A stretch of 64,000 bases of DNA from Vicinamibacterales bacterium (GTDB lineage: Bacteria; Acidobacteriota; Vicinamibacteria; Vicinamibacterales; UBA8438): contig DASCQF010000038.1 in assembly GCA_036012905.1 (NCBI GenBank), positions 64,504 through 128,503 on the forward strand, in the 5' to 3' direction. Under the pieces are notes generated by a model. It had not been told where the DNA came from. It did no database searches and was given only the letters and a program-made list of their open reading frames with translations. Position 1 is the first letter of the stretch; each line of letters begins with the position of its first letter. Positions 54,677-64,000 of the stretch are shown one piece after another. Position numbers and translations under genes: made by a program.

Positions 54677-54699
54677 GCCCAAAGCCCAAAGCCCAAAGC
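54677..54699. repeat. Heptanucleotide microsatellite (GCCCAAA)x3
   Basis: gcccaaagcccaaagcccaaagc, in the spacer between the bshC stop codon and the PBP start codon. Confidence 0.8.
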
Positions 54700-54728
54700 A
54701 CCGGCCGGGCAGGGCACTCCGGCCCATC

Positions 54729-56381
54729 CTAGATCGTGATCACCCAGTGATGGCTCGCGTCCAAAGTGGGATCGGTCACGAGTCGGTCGATCAGGGCCGG
54801 GCCGTATCGGTTCAGGAAATAGACGGCGCCAACTGCCCGTTCTTGAGGGTTTCCTTGCGGGAAGATCTGCGACTGCGCCCGCGCGAACTGCCGCCGCAAG
54901 GTCTGGTCTCGTCGCTTGGCCGCCTGCACCACCTTGTTCTGGAGGTTTCGCAGGTCGCGTTCCATGCGCCCAAGCGTCGATTCGGCCGCGCCGCCGAGCG
55001 TCGGGTCCACGGTGGCAACGGCCGCTGTCAGCGACCCCATCCGGTCCCGAATGGTGTCCTCGGCTGCTCGCATCGCCTTGTCCACGCTCTCGGGCAACTG
55101 GTCTCCGAGCAATCGGTTCAGCTCCGATTCATCCTGTGGGTGGAGCATCTCCATCGCGATGTTGTTTCGACGCAGGAACTTGATGACGGCGGCGTCGACC
55201 AGCGTGGCGCTGAGGCGCGGGGCGACCAGCGGCATCGGTACGCCGAAGTGCGTGTAGACCTGCTTGAGTTGCGCCAGGTAGGCGAGCTCGTTTGGTCCGG
55301 CGACATAGCACACGGTCGGAAACAGCCGGTCTTGCACGATGGGGCGGAGCAGCACATTTGGACCAAGACAGGCGACATCGTCGCGAAGCCGAGTCAGCAG
55401 CCGTGTCCGGTCGATTGGCTCATCCCCGACCCGGAGCCTGTCACCATCCTGCCGGATGGCGTGGCGCGTTCCCTCGAGCAGAAACAGGGCCACCGAGTCG
55501 GGCAGGGGCTCTACTTGTGCGTGAAAACCCGCGTCGCACAGTTGCTCGCCCGCAACCCGCGCGAGTGACGTGGTCGTGCCCGCGCTTGCGATCTCGCGTT
55601 CGAACAGTGCCGAGGCCAGTGGTTTGGCCGCCGGGTCCGAGGCGTCGAAGACGACCAGGCCGAGATCGCCGAGCAGCTGTTCAATCCAGACCGCGAATGC
55701 TTCGACCAGGCCACGTCCGTCCGCGTAAGCGTGACGAAGCCCGGCCATCAGATCCGGAGTAAAGTCGGTTTCAGGCAACGCAGCCGCCAGGCCGTCAACG
55801 GCGGTGGCGACCTCGTCGCCGAGTCGGACGCTCGCCGCCGGCGTACCGGGCGCGGTCGCCGGTATCGCCAGCGACACGGTTTTGAGCTGGAGGTCTGCAT
55901 CGAGGATGCCACAACTGCGGATTTCATCGAGGTCGTGGTCCTCGGCATCCACCCAGAATACGGCGACCGCCGGCACCCCGTGGGCCTGCTCGACCTGTCG
56001 GGCCAGGCGGATGGCCGAGATCGCCTTGAGCAGCGTGTAGAGAGGCCCACCGAAAAGTCCAGCCTGTTGCCCCGTCACGACGGCGACAGCGCGCGGGTCG
56101 TCCAGGCGTCCGGTCGCTTCAAACGCCACGGTCGGGGCGCCGCGTGCCTGCTGCTGCGCCCGGAGGAGCGTCGTAACCGCTCCGTCGATTGCCGGCGAGC
56201 GCTCCCGAGCGGCAATGGCGTGCTGCCAGGCGGACCGGTCAGTGGGATTGCCGGCGAAAAACGGCTCGAGCGCTGCAAAATTGGCCGTGTACTCCGTGGC
56301 CAGTCGCCTCATGCCGGGAAATCGCCGGAGGTCGACTGCAACGGATTCGGGAAAGGTGATGTCAGAGCGATCCGCAGACAC
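54729..56381 (-). CDS. bshC: Bacillithiol biosynthesis cysteine-adding enzyme BshC
   Basis: VVTGQQAGLFGGPLYTLLKAISAIRLARQ, FWVDAEDHDLDEI, C-terminal coiled-coil region. Start at GTG 56381 (or ATG 56312). The upstream 280 codons of ORF 54729..57221 are rejected. Confidence 0.8.
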   Translation of the reverse strand: MSADRSDITFPESVAVDLRRFPGMRRLATEYTANFAALEPFFAGNPTDRSAWQHAIAARERSPAIDGAVTTLLRAQQQARGAPTVAFEATGRLDDPRAVAVVTGQQAGLFGGPLYTLLKAISAIRLARQVEQAHGVPAVAVFWVDAEDHDLDEIRSCGILDADLQLKTVSLAIPATAPGTPAASVRLGDEVATAVDGLAAALPETDFTPDLMAGLRHAYADGRGLVEAFAVWIEQLLGDLGLVVFDASDPAAKPLASALFEREIASAGTTTSLARVAGEQLCDAGFHAQVEPLPDSVALFLLEGTRHAIRQDGDRLRVGDEPIDRTRLLTRLRDDVACLGPNVLLRPIVQDRLFPTVCYVAGPNELAYLAQLKQVYTHFGVPMPLVAPRLSATLVDAAVIKFLRRNNIAMEMLHPQDESELNRLLGDQLPESVDKAMRAAEDTIRDRMGSLTAAVATVDPTLGGAAESTLGRMERDLRNLQNKVVQAAKRRDQTLRRQFARAQSQIFPQGNPQERAVGAVYFLNRYGPALIDRLVTDPTLDASHHWVITI

Positions 56382-56531
56382 AGGGCCACAACTGTCGCAG
56401 AGGGTGTCTGGGAGTGTCAAGGTTGTGCCAACCGACCGTGGCCAGGGTCGTGGACGGGGGAGGCGCTGACAGGCCGGAAGCCCTCGATCCGTTCTATCGT
56501 GTTGAAAAATAGTGCACTTCCGTGTTATTTT

Positions 56532-59294
56532 ATGAACCCAATTGGAGGTACCGCCCCCCTGACTTACGACGATTCGAGTGCGTCCACACCTCCCGGTGCA
56601 TTTGGTCCCTATAGGGTGATGCACCAGATCGGGGCGGGCGTCCTCGGACCGGTCTTCCGGACCTACGATCCGGATGGCGATCGGCTGGTGGCGGTCAAGG
56701 CCTTTCACCTCGACATTACCCCCGAACAGGCCGGGACACTTGCCTCCGCTCTGAACGAAATCGTGCAGGGCGGGTTGTCGCATCCGTCCATCGTGACGCC
56801 GGTCGGTGCCGGGCTCTCCGACGGCGTGCCCTACCTCGCGCTCGAGTATGCGGCTGCCGAGTCGTTGGATGTGGCCATTCGCCACTACGCGCCGGCGGCG
56901 CCAGACGCGGCGCTGCCGTTTGCCGTGCAACTGGCGGAGGCACTGGATACGGCGCATGCGCGGGGCCTGTTCCACGGTGCGCTGCATCTGCGCGACATCT
57001 TCGTGTCGCCCGAGCTCGCGCGTGTCAACGGTCTGGGCGTAGTCTCGGCGCTCGAACGAATTGGGCTGCGAGGACCGCTGCGGCGGCCCTTCACGGCCCC
57101 GGAACAGATAGCGAGCGCCGATTGGGGGAGCGCTGCCGATCGTTTCGCACTGGCGGCGATCGCCTACGAACTGCTGACGGGGAAGCGGGCGACCGGCCTT
57201 GGCGAACAGGATGCCGACCACCTTCTTGCCCGTGTGCCTGGCGTGCGCGATGCGCGCCGCGTGACACGGCTCTTCGTCGCCGCGCTGGCCGACCAGCCCG
57301 AAGCGCGGCCTGGGTCGGCACGGCTGTTCGTCGATGAGCTCGCAGATGCGGTTGACTGGACTGGGGCCGGTGCGGTTCGGCAGGTCCTGGTCGGAAGTGA
57401 CGGTGACGCGGGCGACCCGGGGCGCAAGGCTACGGACGATGGTCCCGTGTTCGCCGTCGAGGGTGTCTCGGAAGGCCTGTCTGCGGGTGCCGAGACGACC
57501 GGAACCGAGGGGGCGGCTCTACCAATGGCGAGAAAAAGAAGACCCGAGAGCACGTCGGAACCGACGTTCGACTGGACCGAGCGGACCCTCGATCGCGGTG
57601 ATCCCGAGGAGCTCCGCGAACCCAAGGCTTATCAGCCACGTCCGCCCGGCGCAGCAGCGGAAGTCGCGCGGTCCGTGGACAAGGACGCCAAACGTGGCGC
57701 CGTTCCCGATTTCGAGCGTATCGACACCGTGCTCGAGGACACGCCCGGCGTCGATGACGGTGTCGACCTCGACGACACATTCCACGTCGACGGAAACGAC
57801 GACACGGAGCAGGTGCGTATGCCCGCAGCCGAGTCGCCGCCCGACCAACCGGTGCTGGATCCCGACGCGCTCACCGTTCACGCCGACCGGTCGTCGTTGA
57901 CGGAGTCTGGCGCGTCGCGGCCTGACGCTGGAGGCGAGACCGAGCGCCACGACAGCCCGGAGCCGACCGTGAACGATGGCGATGATGGGGAACAGGAAGA
58001 TGACGAAGTCGATCTCAGTGTCGTCCAGTCCCGGTACGGGCAGGTGGAGCTGGTAGACCTCGGCTCGGAGTCGGCGAGCGATGACCCAGACAGCCAGGCG
58101 GCGGGTGTCTATGAGGCGATTACGCTCACCGATTTGCAGGAGCGGCTGGGCGACACCGACGGTCTCCCAGAGGAGGACTCGGACGAGGTGGCGGACGAGC
58201 GAGGCATTCTGACGGCCCGCCGAGACCCACAGGACGAACAGGTCGATGGGGCGGACCATCCCGACGATCGGTCACTGGTGGCGGAGTCTGACGACGGCGC
58301 GGATGACGCCGAAGACGATGACCCGTATGGAAACGACGATGACGATCTCCATGCAGGGGTCATCGCCTCTGGTGTGGCCGATCATGCCGGACACTTGCCG
58401 GCGGTGCCGGTGGCACTGATTGCTGCGGTCATCACGGTCGCCGCCTTCGCGGTCGGTTTCCGCTGGATGGCCGGCGAACCTGGTGCAACGGACGATCCGA
58501 CAGTGGCCGAGGCGGTGGTGGCGGACACCGGTGCTGACGCCGTCGGGGCGGACGTGCCGGCTGAGCCGGCGGCGCCATCGAGTCGGGAGTCCAGCGAGGC
58601 CTCCGTGGCCGGCTCGACGGTGGCCGAGCCGCCGGTCGACGCTCCGGTGGAGACGCCGCGGCCACCGGCGCCTGTCACTGAAACAGTGGAATCGGCGGCG
58701 TCTGCGCCAGAGGAGTTCGTGGCGGCGGCGCTCCCGTCGGAGGAGCCTGCGAGCCCGCCGCCACCGGCCCCGGTCCTTGCAACCGAAGCGACGGTCGCAC
58801 CGATCGTGTCGGATTCAGAGCCGGCGCCGACGAGAGCCGATGGGCGACTGCTGGTGCGGTCGACGTATCCGGGTGTGCTCGTGGTCGTCAATGGTGAAGC
58901 GCGCGGTACCACGCCGCTGGCGCTGGCTGACTTGTCTTACGGGGCCTACGACGTCCGGCTCTCACGCGAGGGCTTCGAGGCACAGGAACGCCGGCTGGTG
59001 ATCTCGGAAGACGAGCCTATTGCCGCCATAAGGGGAGACCTCTCACGTGTGGCCGAGACGCGAACCGCCTCGCTTGGGGTAGGATCTCTGTTCGTCGACA
59101 CCCGGCCACGTGGCGTGGAGGTGTGGCTCGACCGCCGGCTGGTAGGCGACACCCCGATGCTGATACCCGACGTCTCCGCGGGCGCCCACGAGGTCGAGTT
59201 CAGATACGACGGCTATCGCGACTGGGCGACCACCGTGCAGGTGGGTCCCTCCGTGCAGGCTCGCGTGACCGCGTCACTCGACCACGTCCCCTGA
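56532..59294 (+). CDS. Membrane-anchored pseudokinase-like protein: degenerate Ser/Thr kinase domain, acidic disordered linker, TM helix, Pro/Ala-rich region, two PEGA domains
   Basis: Retains [15 protein letters not shown] and TAPEQ. Has [10 protein letters not shown] in place of HRDLKPxN and NGLG in place of DFG. TM helix [26 protein letters not shown]-like segments [24 protein letters not shown] and [24 protein letters not shown]. Start at ATG 56532. Confidence 0.75.
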   Translation: MNPIGGTAPLTYDDSSASTPPGAFGPYRVMHQIGAGVLGPVFRTYDPDGDRLVAVKAFHLDITPEQAGTLASALNEIVQGGLSHPSIVTPVGAGLSDGVPYLALEYAAAESLDVAIRHYAPAAPDAALPFAVQLAEALDTAHARGLFHGALHLRDIFVSPELARVNGLGVVSALERIGLRGPLRRPFTAPEQIASADWGSAADRFALAAIAYELLTGKRATGLGEQDADHLLARVPGVRDARRVTRLFVAALADQPEARPGSARLFVDELADAVDWTGAGAVRQVLVGSDGDAGDPGRKATDDGPVFAVEGVSEGLSAGAETTGTEGAALPMARKRRPESTSEPTFDWTERTLDRGDPEELREPKAYQPRPPGAAAEVARSVDKDAKRGAVPDFERIDTVLEDTPGVDDGVDLDDTFHVDGNDDTEQVRMPAAESPPDQPVLDPDALTVHADRSSLTESGASRPDAGGETERHDSPEPTVNDGDDGEQEDDEVDLSVVQSRYGQVELVDLGSESASDDPDSQAAGVYEAITLTDLQERLGDTDGLPEEDSDEVADERGILTARRDPQDEQVDGADHPDDRSLVAESDDGADDAEDDDPYGNDDDDLHAGVIASGVADHAGHLPAVPVALIAAVITVAAFAVGFRWMAGEPGATDDPTVAEAVVADTGADAVGADVPAEPAAPSSRESSEASVAGSTVAEPPVDAPVETPRPPAPVTETVESAASAPEEFVAAALPSEEPASPPPPAPVLATEATVAPIVSDSEPAPTRADGRLLVRSTYPGVLVVVNGEARGTTPLALADLSYGAYDVRLSREGFEAQERRLVISEDEPIAAIRGDLSRVAETRTASLGVGSLFVDTRPRGVEVWLDRRLVGDTPMLIPDVSAGAHEVEFRYDGYRDWATTVQVGPSVQARVTASLDHVP

Positions 59295-60451
59295 TGAACG
59301 CCGTCCTCGCTCTCGAAAACGGAAACTGGTATTGCGGTACGGCGGCCGGTGCGACCGGTGTCGCGCGGGGCGAGGTCGTCTTCAATACCAGCATGACCGG
59401 CTATCAGGAGGTCCTGACCGACCCCTCCTACGCGGGACAGATCGTCACCATGACCTGTCCCCAGATCGGGAACTACGGTGTGGCCGCCGAGGACACGGAG
59501 TCGCGCGGTCCGCAGGTCGCGGGGTTCGTCGTCCGCGAGGCCTCTTCGATTGCCAGCAACTGGCGGTCGAACGGGACGCTGCGCGACTATCTGACCGAGC
59601 ATGGCGTGGTGGCAATCACCGGTGTCGACACCCGGGCGCTGACCCGCGTCTTGCGGACAGCCGGGGTGATGCGCGGCCTCATCGGTACCGGTCATGTCGA
59701 CCCGGAGGCGCTCGTTGCCGAGGCGCAGCAGGTAACGCCGATGGAGGGCAACGACCTCGTCCGCACCGTCAGCTGTATCGAGCCGTTCGATTGGCCCCCG
59801 CCGGGCCAGGGCGTCGCTCAGGGTGATGATGGGCTCGAACCGGCAGAGTTCCGGTTGGCGCCGCCACGGCGCACGGGCCGGGCGTTCCGCATTGCAGCGT
59901 ATGACTTTGGGCTGAAGCGGAATATCCTCCGCCGGCTGGCGGCTCACGGCTGCCAGATACGGGTCTTTCCCGCCGCGGCCCCGGCGAGCGACTTGCTGGC
60001 GATGGAGCCGGACGGCGTCTTTCTCAGCAACGGGCCCGGGGACCCAGCGCCGCTCGACTACGCCGTGGCCAACGCGAAGAGCCTGCTGGAGTCCGATGTG
60101 CCGCTGTTCGGCATCTGTCTGGGTCATCAGGTGCTCGCGCTGGCCATGGGTGGCACCACCTACAAGCTCAAGTTCGGGCATCGGGGTGGAAATCATCCGG
60201 TCAAGCAGCTCTCCACCGGGCAGGTCGAGATCACGAGTCAGAACCACGGCTTCGCCGTCGACCCGGAGGCGCTCCCTGACGAGGTCGAGGTCACCCATCT
60301 GAATCTCTACGACGGAACGGTCGAAGGGTTGCGACATACGCGTCATCCTGCCTTCTGCGTCCAGTATCATCCCGAGGCTTCGCCCGGGCCGCACGACGCC
60401 GATTACCTGTTCTCCCGTTTTCTCGAGGAGATGGAGCGTCGAGCCGGTTAG
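59294..60451 (+). CDS. carA: Carbamoyl-phosphate synthase small (glutaminase) subunit CarA
   Basis: [10 protein letters not shown]..., [29 protein letters not shown]. The ATG overlaps the upstream stop codon (TGATG). Confidence 0.95.
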   Translation: MNAVLALENGNWYCGTAAGATGVARGEVVFNTSMTGYQEVLTDPSYAGQIVTMTCPQIGNYGVAAEDTESRGPQVAGFVVREASSIASNWRSNGTLRDYLTEHGVVAITGVDTRALTRVLRTAGVMRGLIGTGHVDPEALVAEAQQVTPMEGNDLVRTVSCIEPFDWPPPGQGVAQGDDGLEPAEFRLAPPRRTGRAFRIAAYDFGLKRNILRRLAAHGCQIRVFPAAAPASDLLAMEPDGVFLSNGPGDPAPLDYAVANAKSLLESDVPLFGICLGHQVLALAMGGTTYKLKFGHRGGNHPVKQLSTGQVEITSQNHGFAVDPEALPDEVEVTHLNLYDGTVEGLRHTRHPAFCVQYHPEASPGPHDADYLFSRFLEEMERRAG

Positions 60452-60465
60452 GCCACGAAGTCCTC

Positions 60466-63400
60466 ATGCCACGCCGCACGGACATCAAACGGATTCTGGT
60501 CGTCGGCTCCGGCCCGATCGTCATCGGACAGGCCTGCGAGTTCGATTATTCGGGCACCCAGGCGTGTAAGGCGTTGCGCGCCGAAGGGCTCGAAGTGGTG
60601 CTGGTGAACTCGAACCCGGCGACCATCATGACCGACCCCGAAGTGGCGGATCGGACCTATGTCGAGCCGCTGACTTGGGAGGTGGTCCGGTCGGTGATCG
60701 AGCGCGAGCGTCCCGACGCCTTGTTGCCGACCGTCGGCGGCCAGACGGCGCTGAATTTGGCGGTGGAGCTCGACGCCCATGGGGTGCTCGAGGAGTTCGG
60801 CGTGTCGCTGATCGGCGCCTCGATCGACGCCATCATGGTGGCCGAGGATCGGTCGAAGTTTCATGAAGCGATGCAGTCGATCGACATCGATGTCCCGGCC
60901 AGCGCGTATGCGAAGTCGGTCGACGAGGCGTTGAGCGTCGTCGAGCGCCTCGGGTTCCCCTCGATCATCCGGCCGTCGTTCACGCTCGGCGGGGTAGGGG
61001 GCGGTATCGCCTACAACATCGAAGAGTTCCGGGAGGTCGTCACCCGCGGGATCGACCTGAGTCCGGTGCACGAGATCCTGATCGAGGAATCGGTCATCGG
61101 GTGGAAGGAGTTCGAGCTCGAGGTGATGCGCGACGTCGCCGACAACTTCGTCGTCGTTTGTTCGATCGAGAACATCGACCCGATGGGCGTCCACACCGGT
61201 GACAGCATCACCGTGGCGCCGGCCTTGACGCTCACCGACAAGGAGTATCAGCGGATGCGCGACGCCGCCCGGCGCATCATCCGCCGGGTGGGCGTTGAGA
61301 CGGGCGGGTCGAATATCCAGTTCGCCGTCGATCCGGCCGATGGTCGGATGGTGGCGATCGAGATGAATCCTCGCGTGTCGCGGTCCTCCGCCCTCGCCTC
61401 CAAGGCGACGGGGTTTCCAATCGCCAAGATTGCCGCGAAGCTGGCGCTCGGCTACCGGCTCGACGAGATTCCCAACGACATCACTCGGCTCACCCCCGCA
61501 TCGTTCGAGCCGACCATCGACTACGTTGTCGTCAAGGTGCCGCGGTGGACCTTCGAGAAGTTCCCGCAAGCCGACCGCACCCTGACGACCCAGATGAAAT
61601 CGGTCGGCGAGGCGATGGCGATCGGCCGGACATTCAAGGAGGCCTTTCTCAAGGGTATCCGGTCGCTCGAGATCGGCCGGAGCGCCCGGCTGTTCGGACA
61701 GACACCGGCCTCTCACGACGAAGAGGACGACGTGGCGCTGCAACGCCAGCTCGTCGTGCCGACGGACCGCCGCATGTTCGCGGTTTTTCGAGCCCTCGAT
61801 CGGGGCTGGAGTGTGGCCCAGGTGCACGAGCTGACCCACATCGATCCGTGGTTCCTCACGCAGTTTGCGGAGATCGTCGAGCTCAAGCGGTCGGCTGGTC
61901 TGGTCGGGGCACGCGAGATGTCACGGGACCTGCTCACTGTGCTGAAGCGTTCGGGGTTCGGCAACGAGGAGCTGAGCGGGGTGCTCGCCGTGGAATCGAC
62001 CGTCATCCGTGATCGGTGCCGGGAAGCGGGGCTCGAGCCGGTCTACAAACGGATCGATACGTGCGCGGCGGAATTCGAATCGTTCACCCCGTATATGTAC
62101 GGCACCTACGAAGAAGAATGCGAGTCGTCTCCGAACGACCGCCGCAAGGTGGTCATTCTGGGCTCGGGGCCCAACCGGATCGGACAGGGCATCGAGTTCG
62201 ATTACTGCTGTTGTCACGCGGCGTTCGCGCTCAAGGAAGAAGGGCTCGAGACCGTGATGATCAACTGCAACCCGGAGACGGTGTCGACCGATTACGATTC
62301 GGTCGACCGGCTCTATTTCGAGCCGCTCACACTGGAGGATGTGTCGGCCGTCATCGAGAAGGAACGGGCCGGGGGCGGCGACGTTGCGTGCATCGTCCAG
62401 TTCGGCGGGCAGACGCCGTTGAAGCTCGCGCTCGGGTTGCAAGAGGCCGGAGTGACGATTCTGGGAACCTCGCCCGACTCGATTGACCTGGCCGAGGACC
62501 GCAAGCGGTTCTCAGCCCTGCTGTGGGAGCTTGGGATTCCGCAGGCGCCGAGTGGCATCGCGACCTCGCGCGAGGAGGCGCGGGAGGTGGCGGCCAAGAT
62601 CGGCTATCCCCTCGTCGTGCGGCCTTCGTATGTGCTGGGAGGCCGCGCCATGGCGATCGTGTTCGACGCAGGCGCGCTCGACCGTTACATGACCGACGCC
62701 GTGGATGCGTCGCCGGAGCACCCGATCCTGATCGACAAGTTCCTCGAGGACGCGTTCGAGCTCGATGTCGATGCCGTGGCGGATGCCACCGGTGCAGTGG
62801 TCATCGGCGGGGTCATGGAGCACATCGAGCAGGCCGGCATCCATTCCGGCGACAGCTCGTGTGTCGTGCCGCCGTATCTGGTCGCCGACCGGCATCTGAC
62901 GACGATTCGAGACTACATCCGCCGGGTGGCGCGGGCGCTCAAGGTAATCGGGCTGGTCAACGCGCAGTTTGCCATCAAGGACGACACCGTCTATGTGCTC
63001 GAGGTCAACCCGCGTGCGTCACGCACGGTCCCGTATCTGTCCAAGGCTACCGGGGTGCCGTTGGCCAAGACGGCAGCGCGCGTGATGGCCGGGAAGACGC
63101 TGGGCGAGCTTGGGCTGGTCGACGATCTCGAGGTGGCCGGCGTGTTCGTCAAGGCGCCGGTGTTTCCGTTCGTGCGGTTCCAGGGCGTCGATACCATCCT
63201 GGGCCCGGAGATGAAGTCGACCGGCGAGGTCATGGGCGGGGCCGCGACGTTCGGGTCGGCCTACGCCAAGGCGCAGTTGGCCGCCGGTCAACGGCTGCCT
63301 CGCGAGGGTACGGCCTTCATCAGCGTCAACGATGACGACAAGGGGAACCTATTGCCGATCGCCAGGGACCTGTTCAGCCTCGGGTTCTCGCTGCTCGCCA

Positions 63401-63714
63401 CGCACGGCACCGCTGCCTATCTGCGGGTGCACGGCATCGAGGTCGAACCGGTTTTCAAGGTGAATGAGGGACGGCCCCACATCGGCGATCGGCTGGTGAA
63501 CCGGGATATCGACCTGGTCATCAACACCCCGCTCGGGCGCGAGTCGTTCTTCGACGACCGGACGCTGCGCAGTATCGCGACGGCCCTGGGTGTGCCCTGC
63601 GTCACGACATTGACCGGGGCGGCCGCGACCGTCAGCGCGATCAGGGCGCTCCGCGAGGAGGTGCTCGACGTGCGTCCCCTGCAGGAGTATCACGCCGAAA
63701 CTGCACGGACGTAG
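60466..63714 (+). CDS. carB: Carbamoyl-phosphate synthase large subunit CarB
   Basis: [33 protein letters not shown], duplicated ATP-grasp halves, C-terminal MGS-like domain. Confidence 0.97.
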   Translation: MPRRTDIKRILVVGSGPIVIGQACEFDYSGTQACKALRAEGLEVVLVNSNPATIMTDPEVADRTYVEPLTWEVVRSVIERERPDALLPTVGGQTALNLAVELDAHGVLEEFGVSLIGASIDAIMVAEDRSKFHEAMQSIDIDVPASAYAKSVDEALSVVERLGFPSIIRPSFTLGGVGGGIAYNIEEFREVVTRGIDLSPVHEILIEESVIGWKEFELEVMRDVADNFVVVCSIENIDPMGVHTGDSITVAPALTLTDKEYQRMRDAARRIIRRVGVETGGSNIQFAVDPADGRMVAIEMNPRVSRSSALASKATGFPIAKIAAKLALGYRLDEIPNDITRLTPASFEPTIDYVVVKVPRWTFEKFPQADRTLTTQMKSVGEAMAIGRTFKEAFLKGIRSLEIGRSARLFGQTPASHDEEDDVALQRQLVVPTDRRMFAVFRALDRGWSVAQVHELTHIDPWFLTQFAEIVELKRSAGLVGAREMSRDLLTVLKRSGFGNEELSGVLAVESTVIRDRCREAGLEPVYKRIDTCAAEFESFTPYMYGTYEEECESSPNDRRKVVILGSGPNRIGQGIEFDYCCCHAAFALKEEGLETVMINCNPETVSTDYDSVDRLYFEPLTLEDVSAVIEKERAGGGDVACIVQFGGQTPLKLALGLQEAGVTILGTSPDSIDLAEDRKRFSALLWELGIPQAPSGIATSREEAREVAAKIGYPLVVRPSYVLGGRAMAIVFDAGALDRYMTDAVDASPEHPILIDKFLEDAFELDVDAVADATGAVVIGGVMEHIEQAGIHSGDSSCVVPPYLVADRHLTTIRDYIRRVARALKVIGLVNAQFAIKDDTVYVLEVNPRASRTVPYLSKATGVPLAKTAARVMAGKTLGELGLVDDLEVAGVFVKAPVFPFVRFQGVDTILGPEMKSTGEVMGGAATFGSAYAKAQLAAGQRLPREGTAFISVNDDDKGNLLPIARDLFSLGFSLLATHGTAAYLRVHGIEVEPVFKVNEGRPHIGDRLVNRDIDLVINTPLGRESFFDDRTLRSIATALGVPCVTTLTGAAATVSAIRALREEVLDVRPLQEYHAETART

Positions 63715-63727
63715 GAAGAGCAACCTA

Positions 63728-63804
63728 CAGGAGACGGGAGTCAGAAGGCAGGAGTCAGGAGAAACCGGAGGGCTGCGCCGACTTCTGATTCAGTTTCCGT
63801 TCAG
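63728..63804 (+). repeat. Heptamer-plus-(degenerate) hairpin dispersed repeat copy
   Basis: caggagacgggagtcagaaggcaggagtcaggagaaaccggagggctgcgccgacttctgattcag, 14 nt after the carB stop codon. Confidence 0.7.
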
Positions 63805-64000
63805 ACAATCCTCCTCGATCCCCCTCCCTCCCCCCGAATCTTTATTCACCCCGCTTGTACCCCGTGCACGCCAAGACCGAGTCGGTCCGCGCCGGTAGAA
63901 ATCGCAACAGTTGAGAGACGGCGGAATCGCAGAATCTGCACCCCTGCCACCGATGGGACGCCGCTGGCGGATGGTTCACGTGCGCGACGGGTCTTGCATC

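Noticed and set aside
56382-57221. The N-terminal 280 codons of minus-strand ORF 54729..57221, and the first 267 codons (55731..56531) of plus-strand ORF 55731..59294.
   Set aside because: BshC homology begins only near GTG 56381. The kinase-like homology of the plus-strand gene begins after ATG 56532. The extensions overlap the opposite gene and look like low-complexity shadow translation.
1-64000. Search for tRNA, rRNA, tmRNA, RNase P or SRP RNA genes, and for transposase, integrase, phage or defence genes.
   Set aside because: No T-loop-like GGTTCGA(A/G)TCC contexts or other recognisable RNA-gene signatures were seen in the spacers by eye. Every large ORF with coding character is a recognisable housekeeping gene. 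An RNA-gene scan (tRNAscan-SE, Infernal) would be needed to be certain.

Overview
High-GC bacterial chromosomal core region, densely packed with about 55 recognisable housekeeping genes. The gene content (futalosine menaquinone pathway, bshC, lpxI, kinases with PEGA domains) suggests an Acidobacteriota-like organism, but that is a low-confidence inference.

Gene order:
- Plus strand, 1-37.3 kb: lolC/E-like permease (5' truncated), lolD, clpC, bamA, skp, a fused fabZ-lpxA, lpxI, a Gfo/Idh/MocA oxidoreductase.
- Then a futalosine cluster: a Cys-less mqnC-like paralog, mqnA, mqnC-type radical SAM gene, a 256-bp tandem repeat, an amidohydrolase/putative aminofutalosine deaminase, the mqnP prenyltransferase, ubiX, menG/ubiE.
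- Then a tonB-like gene, miaA, a dGTPase-like gene, yceD, rpmF, plsX, fabD, fabG, acpP, fabF, etfB, etfA, ETF-QO, a DUF374 gene, an HDAC-family gene, leuS, lptE, holA.
- Minus strand, 37.3-56.4 kb: rpsT, an S4-domain gene, a lytic transglycosylase, alaS, recX, pilT, ilvE, a Ser/Thr kinase, (rsmE on plus), prmA, dnaJ, grpE, hrcA, xdhC-like, a SurA-like PPIase, a class A PBP, bshC.
- Plus strand to the end: a pseudokinase-TM-PEGA protein, carA, carB.

I found no rRNA, tRNA, CRISPR array, transposase, integrase or recognisable defence or toxin genes. I cannot point to a convincing novel multi-gene system.

The unusual content is mostly non-coding or architectural:
1. A dispersed heptamer-plus-hairpin repeat family at 8 loci, including a 171-bp palindromic composite that splits the lol operon.
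2. A 256-bp tandem repeat inside the futalosine operon, sharing a core with a 120-bp element that has perfect 22-bp inverted termini.
3. A FabZ-LpxA translational fusion.
4. A radical-SAM paralog that has lost its CxxxCxxC motif.
5. An ETF-QO gene with no canonical start codon in the expected place.
6. A predicted pseudokinase with PEGA domains.

Many long ORFs in the six-frame track are antisense shadow ORFs typical of high-GC DNA and were rejected.
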